Source of the DNA: an uncultured Cytophagia bacterium
Lineage (GTDB): Bacteria; Zhuqueibacterota; Zhuqueibacteria; Residuimicrobiales; Residuimicrobiaceae
Assembly (NCBI GenBank): GCA_964436305.1
Contig: CAYTCI010000004.1
Span: 11,964-75,963 of the forward strand
Length of the DNA stretch: 64,000 bases
Direction of reading: 5' to 3'
This document shows, one piece after another, positions 58,787 to 64,000 of the stretch. Position numbers and translations under genes: made by a program. Under the pieces are notes generated by a model that did no database searches, was not told the origin of the DNA, and was given only the letters and a program-made list of their open reading frames with translations. The stretch's first letter is position 1. Each line of letters opens with the position of its first letter.

Positions 58787-61708
58787 ATGAATGCAACCAA
58801 CCTGACGCATACGCTCCGGCGCGCCGCCCTCCTGCTGGCGGCGCTCGCCGGACTGGCAGCCGCCCCCGCGGAGGCGCAGTACTATTTCGGCCGCAACAAG
58901 GTCAACTACCACCACTTTGAGTGGCGCGTTCTCCAGACCGAGCATTTCGAGATCTATTACTATCCGGAAATGCGCGAACTCACCGAAATCGGCGCCGCCT
59001 GGGCCGAGGAGAGCTACCATTTCCTTGAGAACCGGTTCCATCTCAGCCTGCGCGAACGCATCCCCCTGATCTTTTACGCCACCCACGCCCATTTCCAGGA
59101 GACCAACACCCTGCCCTACCTCATTCCGGAGGGTATCGGCGGTTTTTTTGAGTACATCAAGGGGCGGGTCGTGGTGCCTGCCAACGGCTCCATCCCCGAA
59201 TTCAAAAAAGTGATCCGCCACGAACTGGTGCATGTCTTCACCCATGCCAAAGTGAACCGGGTGCTCAAGGAGCACAAGCAATTGAACAATCCGGGACTGC
59301 CGCTGTGGTTCAGCGAGGGGCTGGCCGAATACTGGTCGAGCGGCTGGGACAGCGAGGCCGAGATGTTCCTCCGCGACGCGGTCATCAATAACTACCTCTA
59401 CCCCGTCTCGGCCATCTACCAGATCAACGGCACCTTTTTGATGTACAAGGAGGGCCAGAGTCTCCTCCGTTTCATCGATACCCATTGGGGGGAGGACAAG
59501 ATCCTGCAGTTGATCGATAATGTCTGGATGGCCCCCTATTTTTCCGAGGTGATGACCCTGACCCTGGGCATCGATCTGCATGAATTCGATGAACGCTGGA
59601 TCTATGCCCTCAAGAAGGAGAGCTATCCCCTGCTGCAGGACAACGATGCGGCCTCGCGGGTGAGCCTGCAGGTCACCCGCCAGGGGATCAACATCAAGCC
59701 CGCCTTCTGGCAAGCGGATACAGCCCGGGTGGTTTTTATCTCCAACCGCAGCGGCTATGCCAACATCTATCAGGCGCCCCTGGCGGGCAGCCCGCGCGAA
59801 CCCAAACTGGAGGTTCTGGTTGCGGGCGAACGCAGCGAGGCCTTTGAATCCTTTCACCTGCTCAACAGCGCCATCGACGTCAACCGCAGCGGCGAGCTCG
59901 CCTTCATCTCCAAGGCCGGCGAAAGGGACCGGCTCTACATCATGGAGCTGTCCGCAAAAAAGATCACCGGCCGGCATGCGTTCGAGCCGCTGGTCTCGCT
60001 CTACTCCCCCCGCTGGTCGCCCGACGGCAGCCGCATGGTCTTTTCCGGTCTGGCCTTCAGCGGCCGCCGGGATCTCTATCTCTTCGAGCGCGCGACCGGG
60101 CAGCTGACGCCGCTGACCGACGATGCCTGCGACGACAAGGACCCGGTCTTCTCACCCGATGGCCGCCGGATCGTCTTCAGCTCGGACCGCGGCGGCACCG
60201 GCGAACGCGGGGTCTACAACCTCTTTCTCTGTGATCTCGATGCGGGCGGCATCACGCCGCTGACCGGCGGCCACGGCCATGATCAAATGCCCGCCTGGTC
60301 GCCCGACGGCAGCCATATCGCCTTTATCTCCGACCGCAGCGGCACGCAGAATATCTGGGTGGTGCCGGCGCCGGTCCGGGCCCTCTCCCCCGCCCAGCGT
60401 CTCGGACTGGAGCCGGTGGCTGAGGCCCGCCAGCCCCTTCCCGCGGCGCCGCGCCAGCTGACCCATTTTATCACCGGGGCCTACGATCCGCAGTGGACCC
60501 CCCGCGGGGATCTGCTCTTCACGATCTTTGAAAAATTCTCCTTCAACATCGGTCTGATCAAGGGGATGGCCGACAGCCTGCACCAGCCCGTGCCGCCCGT
60601 GGCCGCCAACCTGGCCGCTGACTCCCTGTCGACCGACCGCTGGGACTACCCGCGCCTCAGCGGCGCCGGCGAGAGCCGCGACCTCCGCTACAAGCCCAAG
60701 TACAGTCTCGACATCGCCCAGTCGCAGATCACCCAGGATCCCATTTTTGGCACCTCCGGCGGCATGCAGCTCGCCGTCTCGGACCTGCTCGGCAATTACC
60801 AGTACTTCTTCCTCCTCTACAACACCGCCCGGGTCCAGAGCGAACTGCTCTCCAGCTTTAACGTCGCGGTCTCACGGGTCGACCTCTCCCATCGCACCAA
60901 CGTCGCTGCCGGCCTCTTTCACTTCGCCGGCCAGTATTACAACCGCTATGACTACTGGTTCTGGGAACGGCGCTATGGCGGTTACACCGCCCTCAGCTAT
61001 CCCCTCTCGAAATTCAACCGCGTCGAGGCCAGTCTCAATGTGCGCTGGTCGGATAAAAAGTGGTTTCTCAACGACTACCGCCGCAAGGCCCTGCTGGTCT
61101 CCAATTTCGTCTCCTACGTTCAGGACAACTCGCTCTGGGGCCCGACCGGCCCGCTGGACGGCAGCCGGATGAATTTCACCCTGGGAACGACCGTCGATGT
61201 CGCGCACGCCAATGTCCGCTTCCTCACGGCCATCGTCGATTACCGGCGCTATTTTCGCATCTCCACCCAGAGCACCCATGCCCTCCGCTGCTGGGCCCAG
61301 ATCAACAACGGCAAGGAATCCACCCCCTTCTATATGGGCGGCAGCTGGGATCTGCGCGGTTACCGGCTCTGGAGCCTCTGGGGCACCAAACTCGCCATGG
61401 TCAGCAACGAGCTGCGCTTTCCTTTCATCGACCGCTTCGTGCTCAAGTTCCCGATCGGCGGGGTGGCCATCAGCAGCATCCGTGGGGCGCTCTTCTGCGA
61501 CCTCGGCAACGCCTGGGACCAGCGTCTGCCAGACCTGCTTGGCAGCACCGGCTGTGGCATCCGTTTTCAGCTTGGAGGGATGCTGGTGTTGCGTTTCGAT
61601 ACCGGCCGCAAATTCATCCTCACGGATCCGGGGCGGTTTTATCAGCGGAACAACTGGCAGTTCGAGCGCAACTGGTTCACGCAATTCTTTTTCGGCTGGG
61701 ATTTCTGA
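58787..61708 (+). CDS. Omp85-type beta-barrel protein with N-terminal HExxH metallopeptidase-like domain and TolB/PD40 beta-propeller (paralog 2)
   Basis: The signal peptide is LLLAALAGLAAAPAEA. The peptidase-like domain carries RHELVHVFTHA...WFSEGLAEYWS. PD40 repeats follow (PRWSPDGSRMVFSG, PVFSPDGRRIVFSSDRGG, PAWSPDGSHIAFISDRSG). The C-terminal Omp85 barrel motifs are FYMGGSWDLRGYRLWSLWG, ELRFPF, FCDLGNAW and GCGIRFQLGGMLVLRFDTG, and the protein ends FFFGWDF. The N-terminus (QYYFGRNKVNY) parallels paralog 1 (QYFGKNKVQY). Confidence 0.75.
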   Translation: MNATNLTHTLRRAALLLAALAGLAAAPAEAQYYFGRNKVNYHHFEWRVLQTEHFEIYYYPEMRELTEIGAAWAEESYHFLENRFHLSLRERIPLIFYATHAHFQETNTLPYLIPEGIGGFFEYIKGRVVVPANGSIPEFKKVIRHELVHVFTHAKVNRVLKEHKQLNNPGLPLWFSEGLAEYWSSGWDSEAEMFLRDAVINNYLYPVSAIYQINGTFLMYKEGQSLLRFIDTHWGEDKILQLIDNVWMAPYFSEVMTLTLGIDLHEFDERWIYALKKESYPLLQDNDAASRVSLQVTRQGINIKPAFWQADTARVVFISNRSGYANIYQAPLAGSPREPKLEVLVAGERSEAFESFHLLNSAIDVNRSGELAFISKAGERDRLYIMELSAKKITGRHAFEPLVSLYSPRWSPDGSRMVFSGLAFSGRRDLYLFERATGQLTPLTDDACDDKDPVFSPDGRRIVFSSDRGGTGERGVYNLFLCDLDAGGITPLTGGHGHDQMPAWSPDGSHIAFISDRSGTQNIWVVPAPVRALSPAQRLGLEPVAEARQPLPAAPRQLTHFITGAYDPQWTPRGDLLFTIFEKFSFNIGLIKGMADSLHQPVPPVAANLAADSLSTDRWDYPRLSGAGESRDLRYKPKYSLDIAQSQITQDPIFGTSGGMQLAVSDLLGNYQYFFLLYNTARVQSELLSSFNVAVSRVDLSHRTNVAAGLFHFAGQYYNRYDYWFWERRYGGYTALSYPLSKFNRVEASLNVRWSDKKWFLNDYRRKALLVSNFVSYVQDNSLWGPTGPLDGSRMNFTLGTTVDVAHANVRFLTAIVDYRRYFRISTQSTHALRCWAQINNGKESTPFYMGGSWDLRGYRLWSLWGTKLAMVSNELRFPFIDRFVLKFPIGGVAISSIRGALFCDLGNAWDQRLPDLLGSTGCGIRFQLGGMLVLRFDTGRKFILTDPGRFYQRNNWQFERNWFTQFFFGWDF

Positions 61709-62877
61709 TGCAGAAGCGGGGAAAAACATTCGGCGGTGAAGGGTTGCCCGGGCACCGCGGCGGGCGGGCAGCGCTCTGGCTGCTCCTCGCCCTGCTGGCG
61801 ACCGGCTGTCACCACTTCAACTACAAGAGGGCGGCGGACCCCCTCCTCCCCCTTTGGCCGCAGCTCGGCGGCGGAGCGAATCGCAATGCGGCCGTCGCCT
61901 TGGAACCGCAGCTGCCGCTCGAGGCGGTCTGGCAGAAGCAGACGACCGGCGTCATCCAGCCCTCGCTGGTCGGCCTGGGGAACTGGCTCCTCTTCACCAC
62001 CGGCGAAGGCCAGGTAGGGGGCTTTGACCTGCGTACGGGCAAGGGCCTCGGCAAAACCATCGGGCGCAATACCACCGCCCTTACCTGCGCCGCGGGCGAC
62101 AGCGGCCTGGTGCTGATCCGGCGGCTTCGCAAAAATAACGTTCTCTTCTACCACCTCGGCCGCGGGCGGGTGCGTTGGCGTAAAAGCACCGAGCCCATCC
62201 TCGGCGAACCCCTCATCGTCGGCGAGCGGCTCTACCTGGCCACCCTGCGCGGCCGGCTGCTCTGCCTGGCACTGCGGGACGGGACGCTGCTCGCCGAGGC
62301 CCGCCTGCCGCACGACTGCATCGCCGCGCCGGCGATGGCGGACAGCGTCCTGACCATCGGCGACGACCGCGGCCTCCTCCACGCCTTCGATCCACAATTG
62401 CACCCGCTTTGGCGATACGAATGCGGCGGTGCCTTGCGCGCCCCGGCCATCGCCCACGCCGGCTGCTTCTACATCGGTTCCACCAGCGGCCGCTTCTCCG
62501 CCATCGACATCCGCAGTGGTGCCGAGCGCTGGCACTATCTCAGCCCCGGCAAGATCCTCCATGCCGCGGCGGCCACCGACTCCATCGTGGCCGTGGCCGC
62601 CGCTGATGCGCAGCTTTGCGCTCTCGATGCCCGCGATGGCCGGCTGCTCTGGCGGGCCCCGCTCGGCGCCGTTCCGGCCGCTGCCCCCCTGATTTGCGGC
62701 CGCCTCCTCTTTCTTGGTACGGGCGCGGGCAAACTGGGCGCCTTCGCCCTCGACAACGGCCGCGAACTCTGGTCCTTCACCGCCAAAGCCCCGATCGCTA
62801 CGCCACCGATCCTCATCGGCCGGCTTTTATGCTTCGCCACCACCAATGGCCTCCTCTACAGCTTCACCTGGCACTGA
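61708..62877 (+). CDS. BamB-like PQQ-repeat beta-propeller lipoprotein
   Basis: The ATG overlaps the stop of the preceding gene (TGATG). The lipobox is LLLALLATGC. Repeated PQQ-like blades are present (LLCLALRDGTLLAEA, RFSAIDIRSGAERWHY, LCALDARDGRLLWRA, LGAFALDNGRELWSF). The upstream part of ORF 61060 lies inside the preceding gene. Confidence 0.7.
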   Translation: MQKRGKTFGGEGLPGHRGGRAALWLLLALLATGCHHFNYKRAADPLLPLWPQLGGGANRNAAVALEPQLPLEAVWQKQTTGVIQPSLVGLGNWLLFTTGEGQVGGFDLRTGKGLGKTIGRNTTALTCAAGDSGLVLIRRLRKNNVLFYHLGRGRVRWRKSTEPILGEPLIVGERLYLATLRGRLLCLALRDGTLLAEARLPHDCIAAPAMADSVLTIGDDRGLLHAFDPQLHPLWRYECGGALRAPAIAHAGCFYIGSTSGRFSAIDIRSGAERWHYLSPGKILHAAAATDSIVAVAAADAQLCALDARDGRLLWRAPLGAVPAAAPLICGRLLFLGTGAGKLGAFALDNGRELWSFTAKAPIATPPILIGRLLCFATTNGLLYSFTWH

Positions 62878-62893
62878 ATCGGTTCCACCTCCT

Positions 62894-63508
62894 TCACATC
62901 AGCAGGCTCCGCAGCTCCGCCAGTCCCGCCTCGAGATGCTGCCGCACGGCGGCCAACGGGAGAGGATGGCCGAGCTGCCGGAGCGAGGTGACGAACTCTG
63001 CATGCCCGCGCAGCCGGCGATAGTCGGGCTCCCGCGAGGGGTGGGTGAGATAGTGGGCCATTCGCCGGAGATCGGGATCGACCAGCAGCGAGCCCTGGTA
63101 GAAGAAAAGGTTGCGGGATTTGAACATCGAACAGCCGAGGATCTTTTGGCCGTTGACGGCGATGTCGCTGATCCCGGCCGGCTCCGCCCCGAGGTCCGCC
63201 AGCTCCTGCTGCAACCGGGCGATCAGCCAGGCGTTGATCACCTGAAAAAAATGGTAAGGCGAGTCGCTGCGGGCGCTGATGAAGGCGCAGGTGAGACAGA
63301 GGATCCCGGGCATGAGCAGCACCGCGCCCCCGCCGCCGCGGCGCCGGATCACGGCCACGCCATCGCGGCGGCAGGCGTCGAGATGCACCTCCTGGTCGGC
63401 GTGCTGGCCATGCCCGATCACCACCGCGATTCCGCGGGGCTCCCACAATTCGGCGAGGAAGGGGATTTCCGGTCCCACCCGGGTATAAAGCTGGTCATGA
63501 ATATCCAT
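62894..63508 (-). CDS. Lipoate-protein ligase / octanoyltransferase family protein (BPL_LPL catalytic domain, LipM/LplA-like)
   Basis: The motif VAVIRRRGGGGAVLLMPG matches the RRxxGGGAV lipoyl/octanoyl-AMP binding motif. The start is the ATG at 63508; the GTG at 63520 has no spacer after the RBS. Confidence 0.6.
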   Translation of the reverse strand: MDIHDQLYTRVGPEIPFLAELWEPRGIAVVIGHGQHADQEVHLDACRRDGVAVIRRRGGGGAVLLMPGILCLTCAFISARSDSPYHFFQVINAWLIARLQQELADLGAEPAGISDIAVNGQKILGCSMFKSRNLFFYQGSLLVDPDLRRMAHYLTHPSREPDYRRLRGHAEFVTSLRQLGHPLPLAAVRQHLEAGLAELRSLLM

Positions 63509-63664
63509 CGGCCTGTCCACTCCTCTTCTTCGGGACCCCTCTGCTGCGACAAAAATCGGCCCGGCAGGGGAGGATTTAGCTGGAAATTTGTGTTATTTAT
63601 CCTATATTAGAGGGGTGTTGCCGAAGCAACGCGCACCCTGACAGGATGGAGAGCCTGCTGTATC

Positions 63665-64000
63665 ATGAGTGACGAGATCAACCACAGGAAATACGACCAC
63701 ATTCGCATCGTGCGCAGCGATGGTGGCAGCGACCGAGGGAAAAGCTATTTCGATGCCGTCGCCCTGGTGCATCGTGCGCTCCCCGAGATTGATATGAAGG
63801 CGATCGATCCCGCGGTCGAGTTTCTCGGCAAATCCCTCTCCTTCCCCCTGATGATCGCCCCGATGACCGGTGGGGACCACGATCTGGTGCGCACCATCAA
63901 CAGGAACCTCGCCCGTGCGGCTGAGGCTACCCGGGTGGCCATGGCGGTCGGGTCACAGCGGGTGATGATCACCCATGCCGCCGCGCGCGAGAGTTTCGCC
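63665..64000 (+). CDS. fni: Isopentenyl-diphosphate delta-isomerase type 2 (FMN-dependent), 5' partial
   Basis: The N-terminus (MSDEINHRKYDHIRIV...FDAVALVHRALPEIDMKAIDPAVEFLGKSLSFPLMIAPMTGG...GSQR) follows the IDI-2 N-terminal pattern. It runs off the window end. Confidence 0.7.
   Translation, partial: MSDEINHRKYDHIRIVRSDGGSDRGKSYFDAVALVHRALPEIDMKAIDPAVEFLGKSLSFPLMIAPMTGGDHDLVRTINRNLARAAEATRVAMAVGSQRVMITHAAARESFA

Noticed and set aside
58001-59977. 658-aa minus-strand ORF
   Set aside because: It is antisense to the GNAT-like gene and to Omp85-fusion paralog 2. It has no independent support.
61060-61707. Upstream extension of the BamB-like ORF
   Set aside because: It lies inside the C-terminal barrel of paralog 2. 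The lipoprotein signal begins at ATG 61708.

Overview
This is a densely coded, high-GC (about 65%) bacterial chromosomal segment with genes on both strands. No rRNA, CRISPR array, transposase or integrase is visible.

Housekeeping genes include ackA, pckG, guaB, hutH, dapF, rpsT, miaB and an mtaB-like gene. There are also a cyclophilin, a TrmH-family methyltransferase, a two-subunit class I fumarate hydratase, a fused homocysteine methyltransferase/MTHFR, the 5' end of a type-2 IPP isomerase and tRNA-Gly(CCC).

A large share of the window is devoted to the cell envelope:
- a canonical TamA/TamB pair;
- two tandem L,D-transpeptidases with a DUF4398-like lipoprotein;
- a LolDE-like ABC pair;
- an SLT lytic transglycosylase behind a near-consensus sigma-54 promoter;
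- a sensor kinase with an NtrC-type sigma-54 activator;
- two tandem VIT-like paralogs (about 715 aa each) with T9SS-type C-terminal sorting domains;
- a GWxTD protein.

The most unusual element is a pair of diverged paralogs (32906..36031 and 58787..61708). In each, a signal peptide is followed by an intact HExxH...E zinc-metallopeptidase-like domain and a TolB/PD40 beta-propeller. These sit where POTRA domains normally are, ahead of an Omp85-type outer-membrane beta-barrel. The second paralog is translationally coupled to a BamB-like PQQ-propeller lipoprotein. I could not place this architecture in any described family from sequence alone.

Other points of interest are a SWIM zinc-finger protein, an FrhB-like Fe-S flavoprotein coupled to an M19 dipeptidase, a candidate sRNA in an atypically low-GC 950-nt intergenic region, and a 56-aa ORF with upstream direct repeats.

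The T9SS C-terminal domain and GWxTD content suggests a T9SS-bearing lineage outside the classical Proteobacteria/Firmicutes; this is inference only.
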